A stretch of DNA of 64,000 nt from Spirochaetia bacterium (GTDB lineage: Bacteria > Spirochaetota > Spirochaetia > UBA9216): contig OY776510.1 of the NCBI GenBank assembly GCA_963675665.1, positions 1,824,001-1,888,000 of the forward strand, read 5' to 3'. Numbering within the stretch: position 1 is the first letter of the stretch; the number at the start of each line of letters is the position of its first letter. The notes beneath the pieces are model-generated. The model was not told the origin of the DNA and made no database searches. It was given only the letters and a program-made list of their open reading frames with translations. Both the position numbers and the translations under genes were made by a program. Below are positions 39,003-48,871 of the stretch, piece after piece.

Positions 39003-39986
39003 ATGGAAAAAGCTAAACCCAAAAAGCCTTTAATATTAAAACAGAAAGTAATGAATCAGGTCCTGTTTGCACTGATTCCCGTTTCATTGTTTTCTGTTTA
39101 TCTGTTCGGATGGCGTTCGCTGACCTTGCTTGCGGTTGTTAATGCGGCAGGGTTTCTGAGTGAATTCGTTTTTGCCAAAATTTATAAAAAACAGGTTTCG
39201 ACGGCCGTTTTCGTCTCCAATTTTCTTTTTGCGCTGTCGCTTCCGCCGGCCGTGCCTTACTGGATAGCGGTAGTCGGTATTGTATTCGGCATTGTGTTCG
39301 GCAAGATGGTATTCGGCGGTTTCGGCCGCAACGTTTTTAATCCGGCAATATCGGGAAGGGCCTTTGTTTATATCAGTTTCGGCGCCCCCATGACGGCCTC
39401 GTTTGTTCAGCCTGCTTCAGGTTTCCCGGGCGGTTTTGCCCAATGGCTTTCCGGCGCAGACGCCGTATCGAGGGCCACCCCGTTATTTGAGTTCAATTCG
39501 GGCGGCGAAGTGCCCCTGCTTAATCTGATAACGGGACTGACGTCGGGGTCGCTAGGCGAAACAAGCGCGATACTCATTGCTGCCGCTGCGATATTTCTGA
39601 TTATCCGTAAAGCGGCAAACTGGCGTATTATTGTTTCAGGTCTTGCGGGGTTTCTTGTCCTGCAGACAATACTGTATCTTGCCGGTGTTGATGCTGCATT
39701 GAATCCCCTGAGCAGTCTTTTCTGCGGAAGCCTGATGTACGGAATTGTCTTTATGGCCACCGATCCGATTTCTTCATCGCAGACAACCGATACGGGACGA
39801 TGGATATACGGAGCCCTGATCGGTGTTCTGATTTCACTGATAAGGGTTTTTTCGATATGGATAGAAGCTGTAACCTTTGCGATACTTCTTGCTAATATGT
39901 TTGCGCCGCTTCTTGATCATATTCTTAAAGAACAGAAGAAAAAACGCAAAGCCGGAGGCGGCACCTCGCAGGGAGGTGTTGCATGA
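39003..39986 (+). CDS. nqrB: NqrB/RnfD-like membrane subunit (short form)
   Basis: GKMVFGGFGRNVFNPA, SRATPL (FMN Thr), GSLGETS, FMATDP, ILLAN. Confidence 0.8.
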   Translation: MEKAKPKKPLILKQKVMNQVLFALIPVSLFSVYLFGWRSLTLLAVVNAAGFLSEFVFAKIYKKQVSTAVFVSNFLFALSLPPAVPYWIAVVGIVFGIVFGKMVFGGFGRNVFNPAISGRAFVYISFGAPMTASFVQPASGFPGGFAQWLSGADAVSRATPLFEFNSGGEVPLLNLITGLTSGSLGETSAILIAAAAIFLIIRKAANWRIIVSGLAGFLVLQTILYLAGVDAALNPLSSLFCGSLMYGIVFMATDPISSSQTTDTGRWIYGALIGVLISLIRVFSIWIEAVTFAILLANMFAPLLDHILKEQKKKRKAGGGTSQGGVA

Positions 39987-40582
39987 AACAGCCGTCATTC
40001 TTTTCCGAGAGAATCAAACCTGTAATTATAATGGCTGTGATGACCATTATCTGTATTGCGCTTGTGTCGGGAATCCACCTTTCAACGCAGGACCTTGTTA
40101 TAGCGAATGAAGGTCTTGTTCTTAAAAAAGCGGTGCTGTACGCGGCAGGCATAGAGCTGCCTGAAACTAATTCGGGAGTAAATGATCTTTATGATCAAAT
40201 GGTGGTTGAGAAAGGCGAACTCTTTCTTGTGAATGATTCGGCAGGCAAAATCAAAGCCGTGGCTTTTATTACTGCAGGACCGGGTCTCTGGGGAGAGATT
40301 GAGGTGGTTACAGCATTCGACGCGGAGCTTGAATCATTTGCGGGAGTTGAATTCATAAAGCAGAATGAAACGCCGGGACTCGGGGCCAGGATAACCGAAG
40401 AATGGTTCAAGGAGCAGCTCCGGGACAAGGTCCCGCCGCTGACTATGGTTCCCGAGGGCACCGCTGCGGCTGAAAGCGAGATTGACGCTATAACCGGCGC
40501 AACGCGTACAAGCAGGTATGTGCTTCAGCTTTTTAATGATGCCGGTCTGCGCGCGGCTGAACTTTCAAAGGAGGGCTTCTGA
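39983..40582 (+). CDS. nqrC: NqrC/RnfG-like FMN-binding subunit
   Basis: GPGLWG, ETPGLGARI, DAITGAT flavinylation motif; N-terminal TM. Confidence 0.82.
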   Translation: MKQPSFFSERIKPVIIMAVMTIICIALVSGIHLSTQDLVIANEGLVLKKAVLYAAGIELPETNSGVNDLYDQMVVEKGELFLVNDSAGKIKAVAFITAGPGLWGEIEVVTAFDAELESFAGVEFIKQNETPGLGARITEEWFKEQLRDKVPPLTMVPEGTAAAESEIDAITGATRTSRYVLQLFNDAGLRAAELSKEGF

Positions 40583-41175
40583 TGACCTCAAAAATTGCCA
40601 AAACATTTACTGCGCCTTTGGGAAAGGAAAACCCGGTTTTTGTACAGATCCTGGGAATTTGTTCTACCCTTGCTGTGACTAACAAGCTTGAGAATACGAT
40701 AGTAATGGTTCTGGGGGTAATTTTCACGACAACCTTGTCGTCTTTTACCTTTTCGATTCTTCGAAAAGTAATTCCGGGCCGAATACGAATGATGGTTGAA
40801 ACCCTTATAATAGCAACCTATGTAATAATTGTTGATATTGTTCTTAAAGCGTACATGCCGGAAATCTGGCAGCAGCTTGGACCGTATGTAGGGCTTATTA
40901 TCACCAACTGTATTGTAATGGGACGCATGGAGGCCTTTGCGGCAAGCAATCCTCCCGGATTGAGTCTGATCGACGGGCTTTCTTCGGGTATCGGATATGC
41001 CTATGTTCTTGTTATTATTGCTTTTTTCAGGGAGCTTCTCGGTTCGGGTACTATTCTGGGCATGTCGGTTTTCGGCAGCTGGTGGACAAACTGGGCAATT
41101 ATGATAATGCCGCCCGGAGCTTTTTTCATGCTGGCTATTTTTATCTGGATAGTTAAAGGGAGGATAAAAGAATGA
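40582..41175 (+). CDS. nqrD: NqrD/RnfE-like membrane subunit
   Basis: QILGICSTLAVT, GLIITNCIVMGR, RELLGSG, PPGAF. Confidence 0.85.
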   Translation: MTSKIAKTFTAPLGKENPVFVQILGICSTLAVTNKLENTIVMVLGVIFTTTLSSFTFSILRKVIPGRIRMMVETLIIATYVIIVDIVLKAYMPEIWQQLGPYVGLIITNCIVMGRMEAFAASNPPGLSLIDGLSSGIGYAYVLVIIAFFRELLGSGTILGMSVFGSWWTNWAIMIMPPGAFFMLAIFIWIVKGRIKE

Positions 41176-41765
41176 ACGGTGAACTTTTACCTGCCGCGGT
41201 TTTTTTCGGCTCAATATTTACCGGCAATATCCTGCTGTCGAATTATCTTGGGATGTGTTCTTTTCTTTCGGTTTCAAAGGAAATCAAGACATCAACCGGG
41301 CTCGGCGCGGCTGTTATTTTTGTAATGGCGGTTACAAGCCTTCTTAACTGGATAGTCTATCACTATCTTCTTATTCCGCTTCACCTTGAATATCTCAGAT
41401 TTATCGTGTTTATAGTGGTTATTGCGGCCTTTGTTCAGCTTGTAGAGATGATTATCGAACGCGTAAGCGAGGGGCTGTATGCGGCCCTGGGGATTTTTCT
41501 GCCGCTGATAACCGTTAACTGCGCCATTCTCGGCGTCAGCCTTTTTATGGTTATCCGCGACTATTCGCTTGTCAACTCGTTTTTCTTCGGTCTCGGAAGC
41601 GGTATAGGCTGGTTTCTTGCCATTATTGCGATGGCCGGAATACGGAAAAAAATATCCGGAGCGAATATTCCCAAAGGACTTGAAGGCCCGGGAATCACTC
41701 TGATAATTGCAGGCATGATGGCCCTAGCTTTCATGGGATTTTCCGGCATGATCAATATAAGTTAG
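41172..41765 (+). CDS. nqrE: NqrE/RnfA-like membrane subunit
   Basis: YLGMCSFLSVSK, VIAAFVQLVE, LPLITVNCAILG, MALAFMGF. Confidence 0.85.
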   Translation: MNGELLPAAVFFGSIFTGNILLSNYLGMCSFLSVSKEIKTSTGLGAAVIFVMAVTSLLNWIVYHYLLIPLHLEYLRFIVFIVVIAAFVQLVEMIIERVSEGLYAALGIFLPLITVNCAILGVSLFMVIRDYSLVNSFFFGLGSGIGWFLAIIAMAGIRKKISGANIPKGLEGPGITLIIAGMMALAFMGFSGMINIS

Positions 41766-41774
41766 GGGGGCGCA

Positions 41775-42884
41775 GTGTTTTCATTATCAGCATTATTAAT
41801 AAGCATCGGTGCAATTACCGCCCTGACTGTGGTGCTTGCCGTCATCCTTGTAGTAGCCGACGCATTTATCGCCAATTACGGCGAGTGCAGGGTAACGGTA
41901 AACGATAAAAAGGAACTTACGGTCAAAGGCGGCCGCTCGCTGCTTGCCACGCTGATGGAAGAAGAAATCTTTATTCCGTCTGCCTGCGGCGGGCGCGGTT
42001 CATGCGGTTTGTGCAAGGTTAAGGTTGAAAGCGGCGCGGGACAGTATCTGCCTACCGAGCTCCCCTGGATAAGCGCAGAAGAGCAGGCCGAAAACGTGAG
42101 ATTGTCGTGCCAGGTAAAAGTCAAACAGGACATGTCAATCCGCATTCCTGAAGAGCTTTTCAGTGTCAAACAGTATAAAACCCGTGTTGAAAGCATAAGG
42201 GACCTGACGCATGATATAAAGGAGGTCCGGTTCCGGCTGATCAGCCCTGATAAAATTGAGTACAGGGCAGGACAGTTTGTGCAGATACTTACCCCCGAAT
42301 ACAAGCTCAGCGATGAGCAGGTTTTCAGGGCATATTCAATGTCCTCGGTCCCGTCTGAACAGAACGTGATTGAACTTGAAATACGGCTGGTACCCGAGGG
42401 TATATGTACAACCTGGGTGCATCAGTACCTGAAAGAAGGCGATGAGGTTACCATCAACGGTCCGTATGGAGATTTCTATCTGAGAGATACCGAACGGGAT
42501 ATCATCTGCATTGCGGGCGGTTCGGGTAATGCTCCCATCAAGTCCATTCTTCTCGATATGGCCGAAAAGGGGAATACCCGTAATGTAAGTTATTTTTACG
42601 GCGCCCGCGGTAAAAAAGACCTGGTGCTTCCTGACGAGATGGCTGCGATTTCCGAAAGGTTGCCGAATTACAAATATATTCCGGTTCTCTCTGATCCTGA
42701 CGAGAACGATGCCTGGGACGGCGAGACCGGCTGGGTTACGGACGCCGTTGCCGGTCATTTGAAATCCGGGAACAATGTGGAAGCCTATCTTTGCGGAAGC
42801 CCGGGGATGATCGATGCCTGTGTGAAGGTTTTAACTGAAAAGGGCGTGCCTGAAGAGTTAATCTTCTATGATAAATTTGCCTGA
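41775..42884 (+). CDS. nqrF: NqrF-like NADH oxidoreductase (TM anchor, 2Fe-2S, FAD, NAD domains)
   Basis: ACGGRGSCGLC, RLSCQ, RAYS, GPYG, AGGSG, YLCG, C-terminal YDKF. Confidence 0.88.
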   Translation: MFSLSALLISIGAITALTVVLAVILVVADAFIANYGECRVTVNDKKELTVKGGRSLLATLMEEEIFIPSACGGRGSCGLCKVKVESGAGQYLPTELPWISAEEQAENVRLSCQVKVKQDMSIRIPEELFSVKQYKTRVESIRDLTHDIKEVRFRLISPDKIEYRAGQFVQILTPEYKLSDEQVFRAYSMSSVPSEQNVIELEIRLVPEGICTTWVHQYLKEGDEVTINGPYGDFYLRDTERDIICIAGGSGNAPIKSILLDMAEKGNTRNVSYFYGARGKKDLVLPDEMAAISERLPNYKYIPVLSDPDENDAWDGETGWVTDAVAGHLKSGNNVEAYLCGSPGMIDACVKVLTEKGVPEELIFYDKFA

Positions 42885-42928
42885 TTACGGAACCTGCCGT
42901 TTGCGGCGGCACTATAGGGGAGAGATGA

Positions 42929-43387
42929 ATGAAAAAGAATCCTGCAATGGCCAAGATATATGAAAATATGAAACCCGGAGTAATCTCGCTTCACGGGTTT
43001 CTTGGTGATGATAAACGCGAGATCGGGCAGATCATAGAACATGATGCTGCCGAACTTGAGCGGCTTGAGATTACCGCTGAAGAAATCGCAGACGGGCTGG
43101 ATCGGATAAAAACCAGAGCCCTTGAAGGACTGGGCGATTATATCAGTCTGGATGCCGGTTATTCAGCACGGGCCGATTCGATCAGAGGCAAACTGCCCTG
43201 TCCGTTCGAACATAAAGGGCTTTATCGCAAGACAGTGGTAAGTCTGCGCAGACCGGGAATTGCCGGCGAACTGCTTTTTACCGATCTTGGTGTGCACATG
43301 ATAAGAGAACACGGTTTTTTTCAGGGAAAGGGCAGCCCTTTCCGACTGGAGCCGAATGAAATCATGGAAATAATAAATACTTTGTAA
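42929..43387 (+). CDS. Hypothetical protein following the Nqr-like operon
   Basis: 152-aa ORF with SD GGGAG; Cys/His motifs LPCPFEH and HMIREHGFF. Confidence 0.7.
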   Translation: MKKNPAMAKIYENMKPGVISLHGFLGDDKREIGQIIEHDAAELERLEITAEEIADGLDRIKTRALEGLGDYISLDAGYSARADSIRGKLPCPFEHKGLYRKTVVSLRRPGIAGELLFTDLGVHMIREHGFFQGKGSPFRLEPNEIMEIINTL

Positions 43388-43464
43388 GTGCCGGCTGCAT
43401 AATATTCTCTATATAGAGAATATTTTACTTGAATTCCCGATATATATTACTTATTTTATCAAAC

Positions 43465-44265
43465 ATGAGGACGAATACAGAAAGTATCCTTAATGATAAT
43501 TATAAAAAATATCACAGGCCGGAGTATATCGATCCTGATCCGCTGCTTTTCCCAAGGCGTTATACCGACAACCTTGATATCGAAGCAGCGGCTTTTATTG
43601 CTGCATCATTTGCTTTAGGCCGGGTAGGAAATATTATCAGTTTTCTTGAAAGGATTTTTGATGTTCTTGGAAATCCGTATAAGGGTCTTGTCGAACGCAG
43701 CCCTGAAGAAATTCGTTCTCTTTTTTCAGGTTTCAAATACAGGTTTTATTCATCAGCCGACATTTCGCAGTTTATGCTCGGACTTCGCAGAATCTATATT
43801 GATTATGGAAGCATTGAAGCCTGTTTCATGGAAGGCTATTCTTCGGCTGCAAATGATGATTTGTCTGTCCCCCCGGTTATCGCGGGGTTAATCAGAATAG
43901 CGAATAATGTCAACCGTGAAGGCTGCGGTCGCAATGTTGTCTCAAACCCGGAGTGCGGAAGCGCATGCAAGCGGCTGTTTTTATTTCTCCGCTGGGTTGT
44001 AAGAAGAGACGAAATAGATCCCGGGTTCTGGAAGTTTAGTCCTTCCGAGCTGTTGATTCCCGTCGATACCCATGTAATGAAAGTCAGCCGGTACCTGGGC
44101 CTTTCATCACGCAGAACTGCGGATATCAAAACAGCAAGAGAAATTACTGAAAATCTGAAATTATTTGACAAAGAAGATCCCGTAAAGTATGATTTTAGCA
44201 TGTCCAGAATTGGAATCCATCCGGATCTGTCATATGCAGATCTGGAAAATAATATAGGAGTATAA
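43465..44265 (+). CDS. TIGR02757/DUF2400 family protein (HhH-GPD-like)
   Basis: [32 protein letters not shown]. Confidence 0.85.
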   Translation: MRTNTESILNDNYKKYHRPEYIDPDPLLFPRRYTDNLDIEAAAFIAASFALGRVGNIISFLERIFDVLGNPYKGLVERSPEEIRSLFSGFKYRFYSSADISQFMLGLRRIYIDYGSIEACFMEGYSSAANDDLSVPPVIAGLIRIANNVNREGCGRNVVSNPECGSACKRLFLFLRWVVRRDEIDPGFWKFSPSELLIPVDTHVMKVSRYLGLSSRRTADIKTAREITENLKLFDKEDPVKYDFSMSRIGIHPDLSYADLENNIGV

Positions 44266-44266
44266 A

Positions 44267-44644
44267 GTGGCGGTAAAAAAAGAAATTTACAAATGCAACC
44301 TCTGCGGTAATGTTGTAGAGGTTGTTCATGGTGCAGACGGGCAGCTGGTATGCTGCGGACAGCCGATGGAATGTCTTAAAGAGAAGACTGCCGATTCTGC
44401 TACTGAAAAACATGTTCCGGTAATAGAGAAGATAGACGGCGGTTACAGAGTCACTGTCGGAAGTACTATCCATCCAATGGTTGATGAACACTTTATTGAG
44501 TGGATTGAATTGAGTTATGACGGCAAAAGCGGTAAAAAATTCCTTAAACCGGGTGACGAACCTGTTGCGGAGTTTCTGTGCGGTCATCATGACGATGTAT
44601 CAGCCCGTGAATACTGTAATGTACACGGTTTGTGGAAAGCTTAA
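44267..44644 (+). CDS. dfx: Desulfoferrodoxin (superoxide reductase, 2Fe)
   Basis: [34 protein letters not shown]. Confidence 0.96.
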   Translation: MAVKKEIYKCNLCGNVVEVVHGADGQLVCCGQPMECLKEKTADSATEKHVPVIEKIDGGYRVTVGSTIHPMVDEHFIEWIELSYDGKSGKKFLKPGDEPVAEFLCGHHDDVSAREYCNVHGLWKA

Positions 44645-44669
44645 ACATATTATATTAAGGAGTATGTGA

Positions 44670-44828
44670 ATGAAGTATGTATGCGATGTTTGCGGATATG
44701 TTTATGATCCGGCAGAAGGTGATCCGGATAACGGTGTAGCTGCAGGTACAGCTTTTGCTGATCTTCCGGAAGATTGGGTTTGTCCTCTTTGCGGTGCATC
44801 AAAGGATGATTTCTCACCGGAAGATTAA
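44670..44828 (+). CDS. Rubredoxin (52 aa; absent from the ORF track)
   Basis: Translated by hand: [52 protein letters not shown]; SD AAGGAG. Confidence 0.97.
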   Translation: MKYVCDVCGYVYDPAEGDPDNGVAAGTAFADLPEDWVCPLCGASKDDFSPED

Positions 44829-44946
44829 AATCCAAGCCCATCCGGGAAGACCCGGCTGAGCTTAGATTCCTCGGAGTTTTAGTGCTTCCTGAAGGAAGTA
44901 CTAAAACATCCATGATGTCACAGCGGAATATTATTAAATATCATTA

Positions 44947-45100
44947 GAGCTTCTTGCAAAACTCGGTTAGTTTAGCAAGAAGCTTTGAAGAAAAAAATTA
45001 CAATTTTAAGTTATTATATACAGCATAAGAAGTTGTAATTTTTTCTTCAGTTACATTATGGAAGCTCTTTACAAAACTCCCTGAGTTTTGAAAGAGCCTC
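44947..45100. mobile_element. MITE-like non-autonomous element
   Basis: Ends GAGCTTCTTGCAAAACTC and GAGTTTTGAAAGAGCCTC are inverted repeats (15/18 match); ATTA flanks both sides; no ORF. Confidence 0.55.
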
Positions 45101-45101
45101 A

Positions 45102-46028
45102 TTAGTTTATTATTTCCTTTTTATACCTTATAACAGCTTTAACTGCCTTGTGGTCCGATATCCTGTCCGGAAGTACCTCATAACTTACAAATTCAAGGTC
45201 TTTTGTGATCATTATCCAGTCCAGGCGCCTGTTGCCGGGTTGATGGGTACCAAGTTTTTCTGATTTTTCATCCCAAACACAAAGATTAAGCCTGTCGGCA
45301 AGAAGTTTTACAGCGGAGTTCCTGTTATACCCGCAGTTGAAATCCCCGGCTATAACAAGCGGGTAATCAAGTTTTTCCAGGTTTCTTATTATTATATCAG
45401 CCTGTCGCCTGCGCATCGGTGCAAGCAGCGGCGCCAGGTGAACTGAAACGACACAGACATGTTTGCCGGTATTCTCGGATATCCTGAATATACCCATGGT
45501 GAAGCCTTTTGGGAGAATGAAAGGCCGTGCTTTAAAAGTGTAGGATTCAGCATGGGAATAGGCTGCGTCGCTTAACAATGCCGTCCCGTAACTGAGTGCG
45601 GCGGTTTCTACATTTTTGGTCCATATTCCGTGGGGATAGCCTGATTTCTCGGCAATGTTTTCAATTAAATCAAGCCCGCCGTTCCATAATCCAGGGCCGT
45701 CTACCTCCTGCAGGGCTGTAATGTCAATTTCTTCCCTGTTTATTGTTTCTGCAATAGCCTCTGCATTTGATGATATTTTTTCTCTGCTTTGAATAAGCTG
45801 GTGAAATCCTTTTCCCCGTCCGTGTCCGATATTGAGCGTAAGTATGGCAAGCTGATTTTCCCTGTGGTGCGGATATTCTCCGGGGATGTTCTGTTCAAAA
45901 TAGAAGGATACGGGAACTGCTTCAACCTTTCCCGAGATTAGAAAAGGCAGTGTTAAAATAATGGAGGTTATTACTATTCCGATTATCAGTAATGGAAAAA
46001 TGATCTTGTTCTTTCTCCTCTTTGACAT
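45102..46028 (-). CDS. EEP family protein with N-terminal membrane anchor
   Basis: TLNIGHG, LQEVD, SVHL, AGDFN, LDWI, SDH. Confidence 0.88.
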   Translation of the reverse strand: MSKRRKNKIIFPLLIIGIVITSIILTLPFLISGKVEAVPVSFYFEQNIPGEYPHHRENQLAILTLNIGHGRGKGFHQLIQSREKISSNAEAIAETINREEIDITALQEVDGPGLWNGGLDLIENIAEKSGYPHGIWTKNVETAALSYGTALLSDAAYSHAESYTFKARPFILPKGFTMGIFRISENTGKHVCVVSVHLAPLLAPMRRRQADIIIRNLEKLDYPLVIAGDFNCGYNRNSAVKLLADRLNLCVWDEKSEKLGTHQPGNRRLDWIMITKDLEFVSYEVLPDRISDHKAVKAVIRYKKEIIN

Positions 46029-46153
46029 ATATATACTAATAATCTAATACCTTTAAATCTTTATATCAAATGCTAATTAGATGAATCTATTCGTATATAA
46101 AAAAATGTACGGTCAAATGTCTCTGTATAATTCCATGAATATGCATCCGGGTT

Positions 46154-47002
46154 TCAGCTTAAAAACTCCGTGATTTCTTCCCTGAGGGTTTCGGCCCTGT
46201 TAAGACCGTGGTTATATAGATTCTGCAGTTTCCCAGTATCTTTTTCAGTGCGGCCGACTTCCATTGTTGTTTCGGGCCTGATAATCAGGGCTCTGCCTTC
46301 TTTTTCAGCCTGCTCACAGTATTCAACCGCATTGTTGTATTCGTTATGTCTGTTTTCAAAGCGCGATGTCATTTCAGGCCATTTGCGATAGACTATATTG
46401 ACGAGACGATTGAGTGATGATTCTTTTTTTCTGTAGCCCGGCTCTCTTGTAAGAATGATGATGTTTTTATTGCACCCGTCATGCTCAGCCCTTCGAACGG
46501 GGATGGAATCGCTTATTCCTCCGTCAAGGTAGAACCTGCCGTTCAGGCTGACCGCCGGCGACAAAAGCGGAAGGCTGTTTGAGCCGGCAAGCACCTTCAT
46601 CATAAAGTCTTCCCTGCTGAAGTTGCCGCGCTCGAGATATACAGGTTTTCCGGTTATACAGTCGGTAAGGACCGAATAGAATTTTGACGGTGAAGATTCA
46701 AAAGTCTCGTAATCAAAAGGAATCAGAATATTGGGATAGGTGTTGAACAACAGCTCAACATCAAGCAGGTTATGTTGAGTGAAGATATTTACAGGACTGA
46801 AATAACTGTATTTTCCCACATAATCCACAAAGACCTTTTTATTGCGCTGAAATTGCCGGGCTACATAACTTGCCCCGTTGCTGGCCCCGGCGGAGACGCC
46901 GTAGACAGAATCGAAATGAATGTTGTTGTTTAAGAAAGCATCAAGTACGCCGGCGGTAAACGCTCCGCGCATACCGCCGCCTTCGAGGATGAGTCCTGTC
47001 AT
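46154..47002 (-). CDS. Patatin-like phospholipase (DUF6363-type)
   Basis: EGGGMRG, GVSAG, DGG motifs. Confidence 0.92.
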   Translation of the reverse strand: MTGLILEGGGMRGAFTAGVLDAFLNNNIHFDSVYGVSAGASNGASYVARQFQRNKKVFVDYVGKYSYFSPVNIFTQHNLLDVELLFNTYPNILIPFDYETFESSPSKFYSVLTDCITGKPVYLERGNFSREDFMMKVLAGSNSLPLLSPAVSLNGRFYLDGGISDSIPVRRAEHDGCNKNIIILTREPGYRKKESSLNRLVNIVYRKWPEMTSRFENRHNEYNNAVEYCEQAEKEGRALIIRPETTMEVGRTEKDTGKLQNLYNHGLNRAETLREEITEFLS

Positions 47003-47859
47003 TCAGTAATTTTAATCGAGCCGGAAACTGTGCTTATTTCAACATCCGTTCCGCCGCTGCCGATAACTCCTCTTATTGTATTTCGTTTTGTTTCGGTTAC
47101 GGAAACCGGCAGTTCTGATGAAACAGATCCGCTGACTGAATGAAGATCCACATCAGCATTAAAACCGGATGGAACTTCAAGCATAACTCTTCCTGAAACC
47201 GAACTGATGTCAATTTTACCGGAAGGATGATTTTTTTCAAGTACCCCCTGTATCCGGCCTGATGTAGTTGAAGCTTCTATTTCATCGCCGAACGCGCTGA
47301 ATGATAATGCGCCGCTGACGCTTGATATATCCAGGTCGCCGGCGCTGTCAGTCGTGATGTTTCCGGATGTTGTTGAAAGTTTTTGTTCGGTATCTTCGCC
47401 GAGTCCGCTTATATTAATTCTTCCGCTGACTGAATTCACTTTCAGAAACATCAGGTCTTCAGGTACCTTCAGAAAAAAATCGACAGAGCCGAAGTTGCCC
47501 GGAGATTTGGGGTAGACAGCCGCAATAGTCAGTTCGGTGCCTGCAAGATCCGTTTTTACCTCGGGAGCTTTCCCCGGGCCGTGTTTTCTAAAGTCAAGTT
47601 TGATGTAGTTTTCATTCCAGCTTTCTGCTTCTATAATTCCGGATATATTCTTGATGTACAGTTTGTCGACAGGTTTATCGCTTTCATAAGTGCCCGATTC
47701 TTCTCCTTCGTTAATTGCAGTTCCTGAACCGTTGTTCCAGTATGAAGACGGTTCATAAAACGGTTTGTCGATGAACAGTGAATAAAAAGCGAAAATAATG
47801 ACGGCGGCTACCAGGATGGCCCCGAGAATGTTTATGATATCAATAAATGACCTGTTCAT
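46999..47859 (-). CDS. DUF4097 beta-strand repeat (adhesin-like) membrane-anchored protein
   Basis: N-terminal TM; repeated SVSG/TTSG motifs. Confidence 0.82.
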   Translation of the reverse strand: MNRSFIDIINILGAILVAAVIIFAFYSLFIDKPFYEPSSYWNNGSGTAINEGEESGTYESDKPVDKLYIKNISGIIEAESWNENYIKLDFRKHGPGKAPEVKTDLAGTELTIAAVYPKSPGNFGSVDFFLKVPEDLMFLKVNSVSGRINISGLGEDTEQKLSTTSGNITTDSAGDLDISSVSGALSFSAFGDEIEASTTSGRIQGVLEKNHPSGKIDISSVSGRVMLEVPSGFNADVDLHSVSGSVSSELPVSVTETKRNTIRGVIGSGGTDVEISTVSGSIKITE

Positions 47860-47860
47860 T

Positions 47861-48151
47861 TCAATCCCGGTAATCCTGGCGTTCGTCTTCCATCTGGTCA
47901 AGTTCCCGCTGTATCATTCTCTCCTCAAAAAGGCTTCCTTTAAATGCGTAAACCTGAAAGAAGTGCGAGACAATTCCAATTCCCCAGCCAAGCGCCGCCC
48001 ACAGCCACCACTGGTATCCGCCCCAGGTCATATTATTTACTATAGCGAGAAAACAGATAACAATTATATAAGTGATAAGGTGACGTAAAAAATCAATCTT
48101 CGCTTTAGCTCTTTTTCTGGCTATCTTGTATTTTTCTTCTCTTTCGTCCAT
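47861..48151 (-). CDS. 2TM-domain protein
   Basis: ARKR..F..HL.TY, W.LW...GWGIG...H pattern; SD GGAGG. Confidence 0.82.
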   Translation of the reverse strand: MDEREEKYKIARKRAKAKIDFLRHLITYIIVICFLAIVNNMTWGGYQWWLWAALGWGIGIVSHFFQVYAFKGSLFEERMIQRELDQMEDERQDYRD

Positions 48152-48240
48152 TAGTTCCTCCAAACGTTTATACTAACTTTAAGTATTTAATATAACACAG
48201 CGGCATTTTCAAAGTGTCACTTTTTATGTAAAATTTGATT

Positions 48241-48864
48241 ATGGAAAATTCAAGGCGCAAACTGGAATATATACGTGATTTGATTAAACCGGAACTTTCT
48301 GTTCTGGAAAGGATAGAGAATGAAAACCTGCAAAGGAACGATGTACAGCCGTCAATTGAGCCTGAGACCGGACGTTTCCTGGAATTGCTTGTAAGGCTGA
48401 CGGGGGCAAAACGGGTTCTTGAGATTGGAACAAGCAACGGCTGCTCGGCTTTATGGATTCTTAAAGCACTGTCGGTCACGGGCGGCCGGCTTGTAACGAT
48501 TGATTCGAAAGAAAGGCTTCACCTTGAAGCAGTCCGTAATTTCAGGGAAGCAGGTTTTTCAAATGTAAGGGCGATATTGGGCGATGCAGCAGAAGAACTT
48601 GATAAACTTGAGCCGGAATTCGACATTATCTTTCAGGATTGCGGTAAATATCTTTATCCTGAATTGTTTGAAAGAACAGTTGATCTTTTAAAGCCCGGAG
48701 GACTCTTGATAGCGGACGATACACTATTCAGTTTTGAACCGCGGGTCCGGCCCAACCTGGGAAAATTTACCGATCAATATAACGAACTTGCATTCGGTAG
48801 TAACAAACTTCTAACTTCAATAATTCCGATTGGACATGGATTAACGTTGAGTTTTAAATTATAA
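48241..48864 (+). CDS. O-methyltransferase (YrrM/caffeoyl-CoA OMT-like)
   Basis: VLEIGTSNGCS, FDIIFQD, LKPGGLLIAD. Confidence 0.88.
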   Translation: MENSRRKLEYIRDLIKPELSVLERIENENLQRNDVQPSIEPETGRFLELLVRLTGAKRVLEIGTSNGCSALWILKALSVTGGRLVTIDSKERLHLEAVRNFREAGFSNVRAILGDAAEELDKLEPEFDIIFQDCGKYLYPELFERTVDLLKPGGLLIADDTLFSFEPRVRPNLGKFTDQYNELAFGSNKLLTSIIPIGHGLTLSFKL

Positions 48865-48871
48865 TATCAGT

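Noticed and set aside
44650-44913. 87-aa minus-strand ORF in the track
   Set aside because: Shadow of the real rubredoxin gene on the plus strand.
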